A DNA stretch of 64,000 nt from Eledone cirrhosa (taxonomy: Eukaryota), in the NCBI GenBank assembly GCA_964016885.1, contig OZ024758.1, forward strand, positions 38,192,001-38,256,000. Reading direction: 5' to 3'. Below the pieces are notes generated by a model. That model saw only the letters and a program-made list of their open reading frames with translations, was not told the DNA's origin and did not search any database. Position numbers and translations under genes: made by a program. The stretch's first letter is position 1. The number at the start of each line of letters is the position of its first letter. This document shows, one piece after another, positions 1-14,496 of the stretch.

Positions 1-3000
1 TCATTTAATTTCATGGTATTAGCTGTCAGAAGTAACTCCACTGTTGGTGAGAATTCATTTAAGTTCATGGTATTAGCTGTCAGAAGTAACTCCACTGTTG
101 GTGAGAATTCATTTAAGTTCATGGTATTAGCTGTCAGAAGTAACTCCACTGTTGGTGAGAATTCATTTAAGTCATGGTATTAGCTGTCAGAAGTAACTAC
201 AATGTTGGTGAGAATTCATTTAAGTTCATGGTATTAGCTGTCAGAAGTCACTCCACTGTTGGTGAGAATTCATTTAAGTTCATGGTACTAGCTGTCAGAA
301 GTAACCCCAATGTTGGTGAGAATTCATTTAAGTTCATGGTATTAGCTGTCAGAAGTCACTCCAATGTTGGTGAGAATTCATTTAAGTTCATGGTATTAGC
401 TGTCAGAAGTAACTCCACTGTTGGTGAGAATTCATTTAAGTTCATGGTATTAGCTGTCAGAAGTAACTCCACTGTTGGTGAGAATTCATTTAAGTTCATG
501 GTATTAGCTGTCAGAAGTAACTCCACTGTTGGTGAGAATTCATTTAAGTTCATGGTATTAGCTGTCAGAAGTCACTCCAATGTTGGTGAGAATTCATTTA
601 AGTCATGGTACTAGCTGTCAGAAGTAACTCCACTGTTGGTGAGAATTCATTTAAGTTCATGGTATTAGCTGTCAGAAGGAACGCCACTGTTGGTGAGAAT
701 TCATTTAAGTTCATGGTATTAGCTGTCAGAAGTCACTCCAATGTTGGTGAGAATTCATTTAAGTTCATGGTATTAGCTGTCAGAAGTAACTCCACTGTTG
801 GTGAGAATTCATTTAAGTTCATGGTATTAGTTTGTCAGAAGTAACTCCACTGTTGGTGAGAATTCATTTAAGTCATGGTATTAGTTGTCAGAAGTAACTC
901 CAATGTTGGTGAGAATTCATTTAAGTTCATGGTACTAGCTGTCAGAAGTAACTGCAATGTTGGTGAGAATTCATTTAAGTTCATGGTATTAGCTGTCAGA
1001 AGTAACTCCACTGTTGGTGAGAATTCATTTAAGTCATGGTATTAGCTGTCAGAAGTAACTCCACTGTTGGTGAGAATTCATTTAAGTTCATGGTATTAGC
1101 TGTCAGAAGTAACTCCACTGTTGGTGAGAATTCATTTAAGTTCATGGTATTAGCTGTCAGAAGTAACTCCACTGTTGGTGAGAATTCATTTAATTTCATG
1201 GTATTAGCTGTCAGAAGTAACTCCACTGTTGGTGAGAATTCATTTAAGTTCATGGTATTAGCTGTCAGAAGTAACTCCACTGTTGGTGAGAATTCATTTA
1301 ATTTCATGGTATTAGCTGTCAGAAGTAACTCCACTGTTGGTGAGAATTCATTTAAGTTCATGGTACTAGCTGTCAGAAGTAACTCCAATGTTGGTGAGAA
1401 TTCATTTAAGTTCATGGTATTAGCTGTCAGAAGGAACTCCAATGTTGGTGAGAATTCATTTAAGTCATGGTACTAGCTGTCAGAAGTAACTCCACCGTTG
1501 GTGAGAATTCATTTAAGTTCATGGTACTAGCTGTCAGAAGTAACTCCAATGTTGGTGAGAATTCATTTAAGTTCATGGTATTAGCTGTCAGAAGTAACTC
1601 CACTGTTGGTGAGAATTCATTTAAGTCATGGTATTAGCTGTCAGAAGTAACTCCACTGTTGGTGAGAATTCATTTAAGTTCATGGTATTAGCTGTCAGAA
1701 GTAACTCCACTGTTGGTGAGAATTCATTTAAGTTCATGGTACTAGCTGTCAGAAGTAACTCCAATGTTGGTGAGAATTCATTTAAGTTCATGGTATTAGC
1801 TGTCAGAAGTAACTCCACTGTTGGTGAGAATTCATTTAAGTCATGGTATTAGCTGTCAGAAGTAACTCCACTGTTGGTGAGAATTCATTTAAGTTCATGG
1901 TATTAGCTGTCAGAAGTAACTCCACTGTTGGTGAGAATTCATTTAAGTTCATGGTATTAGCTGTCAGAAGTAACTCCACTGTTGGTGAGAATTCATTTAA
2001 TTTCATGGTATTAGCTGTCAGAAGTAACTCCACTGTTGGTGAGAATTCATTTAAGTTTATGGTACTAGCTGTCAGAAGTAACTCCAATGTTGGTGAGAAT
2101 TCATTTAAGTTCATGGTATTAGCTGTCAGAAGGAACTCCAATGTTGGTGAGAATTCATTTAAGTCATGGTACTAGCTGTCAGAAGTAACTCCACTGTTGG
2201 TGAGAATTCATTTAAGTTCATGGTATTAGCTGTCAGAAGGAACGCCACTGTTGGTGAGAATTCATTTAAGTTCATGGTATTAGCTGTCAGAAGTAACTCC
2301 ACTGTTGGTGAGAATTCATTTAAGTTCATGGTACTAGCTGTCAGAAGTAACTCCAATGTTGGTGAGAATTCATTTAAGTTCATGGTATTAGCTGTCAGAA
2401 GGAACTCCACTGTTGCTGAGAATTCATTTAAGTTCATGGTATTAGCTGTCAGAAGTAACTCCACTGTTGGTGAGAATTCATTTAAGTTCATGGTACTAGC
2501 TGTCAGAAGTAACTCCACTGTTGGTGAGAATTCATTTAAGTTCATGGTATTAGCTGTCAGAAGTCACTCCAATGTTGGTGAGAATTCATTTAAGTTCATG
2601 GTATTAGCTGTCAGACGTCACTCCACTGTTGGTGAGAATTCATTTAAGTTCATGGTACTAGCTGTCAGAAGTAACCCCAATGTTGGTGAGAATTCATTTA
2701 AGTTCATGGTATTAGCTGTCAGAAGTCACTCCAATGTTGGTGAGAATTCATTTAAGTTCATGGTATTAGCTGTCAGAAGTAACTCCACTGTTGGTGAGAA
2801 TTCATTTAAGTTCATGGTATTAGTTTGTCAGAAGTAACTCCACTGTTGGTGAGAATTCATTTAAGTCATGGTATTAGTTGTCAGAAGTAACTCCAATGTT
2901 GGTGAGAATTCATTTAAGTTCATGGTACTAGCTGTCAGAAGTAACTGCAATGTTGGTGAGAATTCATTTAAGTTCATGGTATTAGCTGTCAGAAGTAACT

Positions 3001-3314
3001 CCACTGTTGGTGAGAATTCATTTAAGTCATGGTATTAGCTGTCAGAAGTAACTCCACTGTTGGTGAGAATTCATTTAAGTTCATGGTATTAGCTGTCAGA
3101 AGTAACTCCACTGTTGGTGAGAATTCATTTAAGTTCATGGTATTAGCTGTCAGAAGTAACTCCACTGTTGGTGAGAATTCATTTAATTTCATGGTATTAG
3201 CTGTCAGAAGTAACTCCACTGTTGGTGAGAATTCATTTAAGTTCATGGTACTAGCTGTCAGAAGTAACTCCAATGTTGGTGAGAATTCATTTAAGTTCAT
3301 GGTATTAGCTGTCA

Positions 3315-6300
3315 GAAGGAACTCCAATGTTGGTGAGAATTCATTTAAGTCATGGTACTAGCTGTCAGAAGTAACTCCACTGTTGGTGAGAATTCATTTA
3401 AGTTCATGGTACTAGCTGTCAGAAGTAACTCCACTGTTGGTGAGAATTCATTTAAGTTCATGGTATTAGCTGTCAGAAGTCACTCCACTGTTGGTGAGAA
3501 TTCATTTAAGTTCATGGTACTAGCTGTCAGAAGTAACCCCAATGTTGGTGAGAATTCATTTAAGTTCATGCTATTAGCTGTCAGAAGTAACTCCACTGTT
3601 GGTGAGAATTCATTTAAGTTCATGGTACTAGCTGTCGGAAGTAACTCCACTGTTGGTGAGAATTCATTTAAGTTCATGGTATTAGCTGTCAGAAGTCACT
3701 CCAATGTTGGTGAGAATTCATTTAAGTTCATGGTATTAGCTGTCAGAAGTCACTCCACTGTTGGTGAGAATTCATTTAAGTTCATGGTACTAGCTGTCAG
3801 AAGTAACCCCAATGTTGGTGAGAATTCATTTAAGTTCATGGTATTAGCTGTCAGAATTCACTCCAATGTTGGTGAGAATTCATTTAAGTTCATGGTATTA
3901 GCTGTCAGAAGTAACTCCACTGTTGGTGAGAATTCATTTAAGTTCATGGTATTAGTTTGTCAGAAGTAACTCCACTGTTGGTGAGAATTCATTTAAGTCA
4001 TGGTATTAGTTGTCAGAAGTAACTCCAATGTTGGTGAGAATTCATTTAAGTTCATGGTATTAGCTGTCAGAAGGAACTCCACTGTTGGTGAGAATTCATT
4101 TAAGTTCATGGTATTAGCTGTCAGAAGGAACTCCAATGTTGGTGAGAATTCATTTAAGTCATGGTACTAGCTGTCAGAAGTAACTCCACTGTTGGTGAGA
4201 ATTCATTTACGTTCATGGTATTAGCTGTCAGAAGGAACGCCACTGTTGGTGAGAATTCATTTAAGTTCATGGTATTAGCTGTCAGAAGTAACTCCACTGT
4301 TGGTGAGAATTCATTTAAGTCATGGTATTAGCTGTCAGAAGTAACTCCATTGTTGGTGAGAATTCATTTAAGTCATGGTACTAGCTGTCAGAAGTAACTC
4401 CAATGTTGGTGAGAATTCATTTAAGTCATGGTACTAGCTGTCAGAAGTAACTCCAATGTTGGTGAGAATTCATTTAAGTTCATGTTATTAGCTGTCAGAA
4501 GGAACTCCACTGTTGGTGAGAATTCATTTAAGTTCATGGTATTAGCTGTCAGAAGTAACTCCACTGTTGGTGAGAATTCATTTAAGTTCATGGTATTAGC
4601 TGTCAGAAGTAACTCCACCGTTGGTGAGAATTCATTTAAGTTCATGGTACTAGCTGTCAGAAGTAACTCCAATGTTGGTGAGAATTCATTTAAGTTCATG
4701 GTATTAGCTGTCAGAAGTAACTCCACTGTTGGTGAGAATTCATTTAAGTCATGGTATTAGCTGTCAGAAGTAACTCCACTGTTGGTGAGAATTCATTTAA
4801 GTTCATGGTATTAGCTGTCAGAAGTAACTCCACTGTTGGTGAGAATTCATTTAAGTTCATGGTACTAGCTGTCAGAAGTAACTCCAATGTTGGTGAGAAT
4901 TCATTTAAGTTCATGGTATTAGCTGTCAGAAGTAACTCCACTGTTGGTGAGAATTCATTTAAGTCATGGTATTAGCTGTCAGAAGTAACTCCACTGTTGG
5001 TGAGAATTCATTTAAGTTCATGGTATTAGCTGTCAGAAGTAACTCCACTGTTGGTGAGAATTCATTTAAGTTCATGGTATTAGCTGTCAGAAGTAACTCC
5101 ACTGTTGGTGAGAATTCATTTAATTTCATGGTATTAGCTGTCAGAAGTAACTCCACTGTTGGTGAGAATTCATTTAAGTTCATGGTACTAGCTGTCAGAA
5201 GTAACTCCAATGTTGGTGAGAATTCATTTAAGTTCATGGTATTAGCTGTCAGAAGGAACTCCAATGTTGGTGAGAATTCATTTAAGTCATGGTACTAGCT
5301 GTCAGAAGTAACTCCACTGTTGGTGAGAATTCATTTAAGTTCATGGTATTAGCTGTCAGAAGGAACGCCACTGTTGGTGAGAATTCATTTAAGTTCATGG
5401 TATTAGCTGTCAGAAGTAACTCCACTGTTGGTGAGAATTCATTTAAGTTCATGGTACTAGCTGTCAGAAGTAACTCCAATGTTGGTGAGAATTCATTTAA
5501 GTTCATGGTATTAGCTGTCAGAAGGAACTCCACTGTTGCTGAGAATTCATTTAAGTTCATGGTATTAGCTGTCAGAAGTAACTCCACTGTTGGTGAGAAT
5601 TCATTTAAGTTCATGGTACTAGCTGTCAGAAGTAACTCCACTGTTGGTGAGAATTCATTTAAGTTCATGGTATTAGCTGTCAGAAGTCACTCCAATGTTG
5701 GTGAGAATTCATTTAAGTTCATGGTATTAGCTGTCAGAAGTCACTCCACTGTTGGTGAGAATTCATTTAAGTTCATGGTACTAGCTGTCAGAAGTAACCC
5801 CAATGTTGGTGAGAATTCATTTAAGTTCATGGTATTAGCTGTCAGAAGTAACTCCACTGTTGGTGAGAATTCATTTAAGTTCATGGTATTAGTTTGTCAG
5901 AAGTAACTCCACTGTTGGTGAGAATTCATTTAAGTCATGGTATTAGTTGTCAGAAGTAACTCCAATGTTGGTGAGAATTCATTTAAGTTCATGGTACTAG
6001 CTGTCAGAAGTAACTGCAATGTTGGTGAGAATTCATTTAAGTTCATGGTATTAGCTGTCAGAAGTAACTCCACTGTTGGTGAGAATTCATTTAAGTCATG
6101 GTATTAGCTGTCAGAAGTAACTCCACTGTTGGTGAGAATTCATTTAAGTTCATGGTATTAGCTGTCAGAAGTAACTCCACTGTTGGTGAGAATTCATTTA
6201 AGTTCATGGTATTAGCTGTCAGAAGTAACTCTACTGTTGGTGAGAATTCATTTAATTTCATGGTATTAGCTGTCAGAAGTAACTCCACTGTTGGTGAGAA

Positions 6301-9300
6301 TTCATTTAAGTTCATGGTACTAGCTGTCAGAAGTAACTCCAATGTTGGTGAGAATTCATTTAAGTTCATGGTATTAGCTGTCAGAAGGAACTCCAATGTT
6401 GGTGAGAATTCATTTAAGTCATGGTACTAGCTGTCAGAAGTAACTCCACGGTTGGTGAGAATTCATTTAAGTTCATGGTACTAGCTGTCAGAAGTAACTC
6501 CACTGTTGGTGAGAATTCATTTAAGTTCATGGTATTAGCTGTCAGAAGTAACTCCACCGTTGGTGAGAATTCATTTAAGTTCATGGTACTAGCTGTCAGA
6601 AGTAACTCCAATGTTGGTGAGAATTCATTTAAGTTCATGGTATTAGCTGTCAGAAGTAACTCCACTGTTGGTGAGAATTCATTTAAGTCATGGTATTAGC
6701 TGTCAGAAGTAACTCCACTGTTGGTGAGAATTCATTTAAGTTCATGGTATTAGCTGTCAGAAGTAACTCCACTGTTGGTGAGAATTCATTTAAGTTCATG
6801 GTACTAGCTGTCAGAAGTAACTCCAATGTTGGTGAGAATTCATTTAAGTTCATGGTATTAGCTGTCAGAAGTAACTCCACTGTTGGTGAGAATTCATTTA
6901 AGTCATGGTATTAGCTGTCAGAAGTAACTCCACTGTTGGTGAGAATTCATTTAAGTTCATGGTATTAGCTGTCAGAAGTAACTCCACTGTTGGTGAGAAT
7001 TCATTTAAGTTCATGGTATTAGCTGTCAGAAGTAACTCCACTGTTGGTGAGAATTCATTTAATTTCATGGTATTAGCTGTCAGAAGTAACTCCACTGTTG
7101 GTGAGAATTCATTTAAGTTCATGGTACTAGCTGTCAGAAGTAACTCCAATGTTGGTGAGAATTCATTTAAGTTCATGGTATTAGCTGTCAGAAGGAACTC
7201 CAATGTTGGTGAGAATTCATTTAAGTCATTGTACTAGCTGTCAGAAGTAACTCCACTGTTGGTGAGAATTCATTTAAGTTCATGGTATTAGCTGTCAGAA
7301 GGAACGCCACTGTTGGTGAGAATTCATTTAAGTTCATGGTATTAGCTGTCAGAAGTAACTCCACTGTTGGTGAGAATTCATTTAAGTTCATGGTACTAGC
7401 TGTTAGAAGTAACTCCAATGTTGGTGAGAATTCATTTAAGTTCATGGTATTAGCTGTCAGAAGGAACTCCACTGTTGCTGAGAATTCATTTAAGTTCATG
7501 GTATTAGCTGTCAGAAGTAACTCCACTGTTGGTGAGAATTCATTTAAGTTCATGGTACTAGCTGTCAGAAGTAACTCCACTGTTGGTGAGAATTCATTTA
7601 AGTTCATGGTATTAGCTGTCAGAAGTCACTCCAATGTTGGTGAGAATTCATTTAAGTTCATGGTATTAGCTGTCAGAAGTCACTCCACTGTTGGTGAGAA
7701 TTCATTTAAGTTCATGGTATTAGCTGCCAGAAGTAACTCCACCGTTGGTGAGAATTCATTTAAGTTCATGGTACTAGCTGTCAGAAGTAACTCCAATGTT
7801 GGTGAGAATTCATTTAAGTTCATGGTATTAGCTGTCAGAAGTAACTCCACTGTTGGTGAGAATTCATTTAAGTCATGGTATTAGCTGTCAGAAGTAACTC
7901 CACTGTTGGTGAGAATTCATTTAAGTTCATGGTATTAGCTGTCAGAAGTAACTCCACTGTTGGTGAGAATTCATTTAAGTTCATGGTACTAGCTGTCAGA
8001 AGTAACTCCAATGTTGGTGAGAATTCATTTAAGTTCATGGTACTAGCTGTCAGAAGGAACTCCAATGTTGGTGAGAATTCATTTAAGTCATGGTACTAGC
8101 TGTCAGAAGTAACTCCACTGTTGGTGAGAATTCATTTAAGTTCATGGTACTAGCTGTCAGAAGTAACTCCACTGTTGGTGAGAATTCATTTAAGTTCATG
8201 GTATTAGCTGTCAGAAGTCACTCCACTGTTGGTGAGAATTCATTTAAGTTCATGGTACTAGCTGTCAGAAGTAACCCCAATGTTGGTGAGAATTCATTTA
8301 AGTTCATGCTATTAGCTGTCAGAAGTAACTCCACTGTTGGTGAGAATTCATTTAAGTTCATGGTACTAGCTGTCGGAAGTAACTCCACTGTTGGTGAGAA
8401 TTCATTTAAGTTCATGGTATTAGCTGTCAGAAGTCACTCCAATGTTGGTGAGAATTCATTTAAGTTCATGGTATTAGCTGTCAGAAGTCACTCCACTGTT
8501 GGTGAGAATTCATTTAAGTTCATGGTACTAGCTGTCAGAAGTAACCCCAATGTTGGTGAGAATTCATTTAAGTTCATGGTATTAGCTGTCAGAATTCACT
8601 CCAATGTTGGTGAGAATTCATTTAAGTTCATGGTATTAGCTGTCAGAAGTAACTCCACTGTTGGTGAGAATTCATTTAAGTTCATGGTATTAGTTTGTCA
8701 GAAGTAACTCCACTGTTGGTGAGAATTCATTTAAGTCATGGTATTAGTTGTCAGAAGTAACTCCAATGTTGGTGAGAATTCATTTAAGTTCATGGTATTA
8801 GCTGTCAGAAGGAACTCCACTGTTGGTGAGAATTCATTTAAGTTCATGGTATTAGCTGTCAGAAGGAACTCCAATGTTGGTGAGAATTCATTTAAGTCAT
8901 GGTACTAGCTGTCAGAAGTAACTCCACTGTTGGTGAGAATTCATTTACGTTCATGGTATTAGCTGTCAGAAGGAACGCCACTGTTGGTGAGAATTCATTT
9001 AAGTTCATGGTATTAGCTGTCAGAAGTAACTCCACTGTTGGTGAGAATTCATTTAAGTCATGGTATTAGCTGTCAGAAGTAACTCCATTGTTGGTGAGAA
9101 TTCATTTAAGTCATGGTACTAGCTGTCAGAAGTAACTCCAATGTTGGTGAGAATTCATTTAAGTCATGGTACTAGCTGTCAGAAGTAACTCCAATGTTGG
9201 TGAGAATTCATTTAAGTTCATGTTATTAGCTGTCAGAAGGAACTCCACTGTTGGTGAGAATTCATTTAAGTTCATGGTATTAGCTGTCAGAAGTAACTCC

Positions 9301-12300
9301 ACTGTTGGTGAGAATTCATTTAAGTTCATGGTATTAGCTGTCAGAAGTAACTCCACCGTTGGTGAGAATTCATTTAAGTTCATGGTACTAGCTGTCAGAA
9401 GTAACTCCAATGTTGGTGAGAATTCATTTAAGTTCATGGTATTAGCTGTCAGAAGTAACTCCACTGTTGGTGAGAATTCATTTAAGTCATGGTATTAGCT
9501 GTCAGAAGTAACTCCACTGTTGGTGAGAATTCATTTAAGTTCATGGTATTAGCTGTCAGAAGTAACTCCACTGTTGGTGAGAATTCATTTAAGTTCATGG
9601 TACTAGCTGTCAGAAGTAACTCCAATGTTGGTGAGAATTCATTTAAGTTCATGGTATTAGCTGTCAGAAGTAACTCCACTGTTGGTGAGAATTCATTTAA
9701 GTCATGGTATTAGCTGTCAGAAGTAACTCCACTGTTGGTGAGAATTCATTTAAGTTCATGGTATTAGCTGTCAGAAGTAACTCCACTGTTGGTGAGAATT
9801 CATTTAAGTTCATGGTATTAGCTGTCAGAAGTAACTCCACTGTTGGTGAGAATTCATTTAATTTCATGGTATTAGCTGTCAGAAGTAACTCCACTGTTGG
9901 TGAGAATTCATTTAAGTTCATGGTACTAGCTGTCAGAAGTAACTCCAATGTTGGTGAGAATTCATTTAAGTTCATGGTATTAGCTGTCAGAAGGAACTCC
10001 AATGTTGGTGAGAATTCATTTAAGTCATGGTACTAGCTGTCAGAAGTAACTCCACTGTTGGTGAGAATTCATTTAAGTTCATGGTATTAGCTGTCAGAAG
10101 GAACGCCACTGTTGGTGAGAATTCATTTAAGTTCATGGTATTAGCTGTCAGAAGTAACTCCACTGTTGGTGAGAATTCATTTAAGTTCATGGTACTAGCT
10201 GTCAGAAGTAACTCCAATGTTGGTGAGAATTCATTTAAGTTCATGGTATTAGCTGTCAGAAGGAACTCCACTGTTGCTGAGAATTCATTTAAGTTCATGG
10301 TATTAGCTGTCAGAAGTAACTCCACTGTTGGTGAGAATTCATTTAAGTTCATGGTACTAGCTGTCAGAAGTAACTCCACTGTTGGTGAGAATTCATTTAA
10401 GTTCATGGTATTAGCTGTCAGAAGTCACTCCAATGTTGGTGAGAATTCATTTAAGTTCATGGTATTAGCTGTCAGAAGTCACTCCACTGTTGGTGAGAAT
10501 TCATTTAAGTTCATGGTACTAGCTGTCAGAAGTAACCCCAATGTTGGTGAGAATTCATTTAAGTTCATGGTATTAGCTGTCAGAAGTAACTCCACTGTTG
10601 GTGAGAATTCATTTAAGTTCATGGTATTAGTTTGTCAGAAGTAACTCCACTGTTGGTGAGAATTCATTTAAGTCATGGTATTAGTTGTCAGAAGTAACTC
10701 CAATGTTGGTGAGAATTCATTTAAGTTCATGGTACTAGCTGTCAGAAGTAACTGCAATGTTGGTGAGAATTCATTTAAGTTCATGGTATTAGCTGTCAGA
10801 AGTAACTCCACTGTTGGTGAGAATTCATTTAAGTCATGGTATTAGCTGTCAGAAGTAACTCCACTGTTGGTGAGAATTCATTTAAGTTCATGGTATTAGC
10901 TGTCAGAAGTAACTCCACTGTTGGTGAGAATTCATTTAAGTTCATGGTATTAGCTGTCAGAAGTAACTCTACTGTTGGTGAGAATTCATTTAATTTCATG
11001 GTATTAGCTGTCAGAAGTAACTCCACTGTTGGTGAGAATTCATTTAAGTTCATGGTACTAGCTGTCAGAAGTAACTCCAATGTTGGTGAGAATTCATTTA
11101 AGTTCATGGTATTAGCTGTCAGAAGGAACTCCAATGTTGGTGAGAATTCATTTAAGTCATGGTACTAGCTGTCAGAAGTAACTCCACGGTTGGTGAGAAT
11201 TCATTTAAGTTCATGGTACTAGCTGTCAGAAGTAACTCCACTGTTGGTGAGAATTCATTTAAGTTCATGGTATTAGCTGTCAGAAGTAACTCCACCGTTG
11301 GTGAGAATTCATTTAAGTTCATGGTACTAGCTGTCAGAAGTAACTCCAATGTTGGTGAGAATTCATTTAAGTTCATGGTATTAGCTGTCAGAAGTAACTC
11401 CACTGTTGGTGAGAATTCATTTAAGTCATGGTATTAGCTGTCAGAAGTAACTCCACTGTTGGTGAGAATTCATTTAAGTTCATGGTATTAGCTGTCAGAA
11501 GTAACTCCACTGTTGGTGAGAATTCATTTAAGTTCATGGTACTAGCTGTCAGAAGTAACTCCAATGTTGGTGAGAATTCATTTAAGTTCATGGTATTAGC
11601 TGTCAGAAGTAACTCCACTGTTGGTGAGAATTCATTTAAGTCATGGTATTAGCTGTCAGAAGTAACTCCACTGTTGGTGAGAATTCATTTAAGTTCATGG
11701 TATTAGCTGTCAGAAGTAACTCCACTGTTGGTGAGAATTCATTTAAGTTCATGGTATTAGCTGTCAGAAGTAACTCCACTGTTGGTGAGAATTCATTTAA
11801 TTTCATGGTATTAGCTGTCAGAAGTAACTCCACTGTTGGTGAGAATTCATTTAAGTTCATGGTACTAGCTGTCAGAAGTAACTCCAATGTTGGTGAGAAT
11901 TCATTTAAGTTCATGGTATTAGCTGTCAGAAGGAACTCCAATGTTGGTGAGAATTCATTTAAGTCATGGTACTAGCTGTCAGAAGTAACTCCACTGTTGG
12001 TGAGAATTCATTTAAGTTCATGGTATTAGCTGTCAGAAGGAACGCCACTGTTGGTGAGAATTCATTTAAGTTCATGGTATTAGCTGTCAGAAGTAACTCC
12101 ACTGTTGGTGAGAATTCATTTAAGTTCATGGTACTAGCTGTTAGAAGTAACTCCAATGTTGGTGAGAATTCATTTAAGTTCATGGTATTAGCTGTCAGAA
12201 GGAACTCCACTGTTGCTGAGAATTCATTTAAGTTCATGGTATTAGCTGTCAGAAGTAACTCCACTGTTGGTGAGAATTCATTTAATTTCATGGTACTAGC

Positions 12301-12790
12301 TGTCAGAAGTAACTCCACTGTTGGTGAGAATTCATTTAAGTTCATGGTATTAGCTGTCAGAAGTCACTCCAATGTTGGTGAGAATTCATTTAAGTTCATG
12401 GTATTAGCTGTCAGAAGTCACTCCACTGTTGGTGAGAATTCATTTAAGTTCATGGTATTAGCTGCCAGAAGTAACTCCACCGTTGGTGAGAATTCATTTA
12501 AGTTCATGGTACTAGCTGTCAGAAGTAACTCCAATGTTGGTGAGAATTCATTTAAGTTCATGGTATTAGCTGTCAGAAGTAACTCCACTGTTGGTGAGAA
12601 TTCATTTAAGTCATGGTATTAGCTGTCAGAAGTAACTCCACTGTTGGTGAGAATTCATTTAAGTTCATGGTATTAGCTGTCAGAAGTAACTCCACTGTTG
12701 GTGAGAATTCATTTAAGTTCATGGTACTAGCTGTCAGAAGTAACTCCAATGTTGGTGAGAATTCATTTAAGTTCATGGTACTAGCTGTCA
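3315..12790. repeat. Tandem duplication of a 4738-bp (~88-monomer) block
   Basis: ORF pairs 3352/8090, 4428/9166, 5289/10027, 6421/11159 and 7875/12613 are all offset by 4738. Both copies share the rare variants catgctatt, gtcggaag, agaattcact and tttacgtt. Confidence 0.93.
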
Positions 12791-14496
12791 GAAGTAACTC
12801 CAATGTTGGTGAGAATTCATTTAAGTTCATGGTATTAGCTGTCAGAAGGAACTCCAATGTTGGTGAGAATTCATTTAAGTCATGGTACTAGCTGTCAGAA
12901 GTAACTCCACGGTTGGTGAGAATTCATTTAAGTTCATGGTACTAGCTGTCAGAAGTAACTCCACTGTTGGTGAGAATTCATTTAAGTTCATGGTATTAGC
13001 TGTCAGAAGTAACTCCACCGTTGGTGAGAATTCATTTAAGTTCATGGTACTAGCTGTCAGAAGTAACTCCAATGTTGGTGAGAATTCATTTAAGTTCATG
13101 GTATTAGCTGTCAGAAGTAACTCCACTGTTGGTGAGAATTCATTTAAGTCATGGTATTAGCTGTCAGAAGTAACTCCACTGTTGGTGAGAATTCATTTAA
13201 GTTCATGGTATTAGCTGTCAGAAGTAACTCCACTGTTGGTGAGAATTCATTTAAGTTCATGGTACTAGCTGTCAGAAGTAACTCCAATGTTGGTGAGAAT
13301 TCATTTAAGTTCATGGTATTAGCTGTCAGAAGTAACTCCACTGTTGGTGAGAATTCATTTAAGTCATGGTATTAGCTGTCAGAAGTAACTCCACTGTTGG
13401 TGAGAATTCATTTAAGTTCATGGTATTAGCTGTCAGAAGTAACTCCACTGTTGGTGAGAATTCATTTAAGTTCATGGTATTAGCTGTCAGAAGTAACTCC
13501 ACTGTTGGTGAGAATTCATTTAATTTCATGGTATTAGCTGTCAGAAGTAACTCCACTGTTGGTGAGAATTCATTTAAGTTCATGGTACTAGCTGTCAGAA
13601 GTAACTCCAATGTTGGTGAGAATTCATTTAAGTTCATGGTATTAGCTGTCAGAAGGAACTCCAATGTTGGTGAGAATTCATTTAAGTCATGGTACTAGCT
13701 GTCAGAAGTAACTCCACTGTTGGTGAGAATTCATTTAAGTTCATGGTATTAGCTGTCAGAAGGAACGCCACTGTTGGTGAGAATTCATTTAAGTTCATGG
13801 TATTAGCTGTCAGAAGTAACTCCACTGTTGGTGAGAATTCATTTAAGTTCATGGTACTAGCTGTTAGAAGTAACTCCAATGTTGGTGAGAATTCATTTAA
13901 GTTCATGGTATTAGCTGTCAGAAGGAACTCCACTGTTGCTGAGAATTCATTTAAGTTCATGGTATTAGCTGTCAGAAGTAACTCCACTGTTGGTGAGAAT
14001 TCATTTAAGTTCATGGTACTAGCTGTCAGAAGTAACTCCACTGTTGGTGAGAATTCATTTAAGTTCATGGTATTAGCTGTCAGAAGTCACTCCAATGTTG
14101 GTGAGAATTCATTTAAGTTCATGGTATTAGCTGTCAGAAGTCACTCCACTGTTGGTGAGAATTCATTTAAGTTCATGGTATTAGCTGCCAGAAGTAACTC
14201 CACCGTTGGTGAGAATTCATTTAAGTTCATGGTACTAGCTGTCAGAAGTAACTCCAATGTTGGTGAGAATTCATTTAAGTTCATGGTATTAGCTGTCAGA
14301 AGTAACTCCACTGTTGGTGAGAATTCATTTAAGTCATGGTATTAGCTGTCAGAAGTAACTCCACTGTTGGTGAGAATTCATTTAAGTTCATGGTATTAGC
14401 TGTCAGAAGTAACTCCACTGTTGGTGAGAATTCATTTAAGTTCATGGTACTAGCTGTCAGAAGTAACTCCAATGTTGGTGAGAATTCATTTAAGTT
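11051..14496. repeat. Tandem duplication of a 1723-bp (32-monomer) block
   Basis: ORF pairs 11159/12882, 11643/13366, 11966/13689 and 12613/14336 are offset by 1723; gctgccag occurs at 12461 and 14184. Confidence 0.9.
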
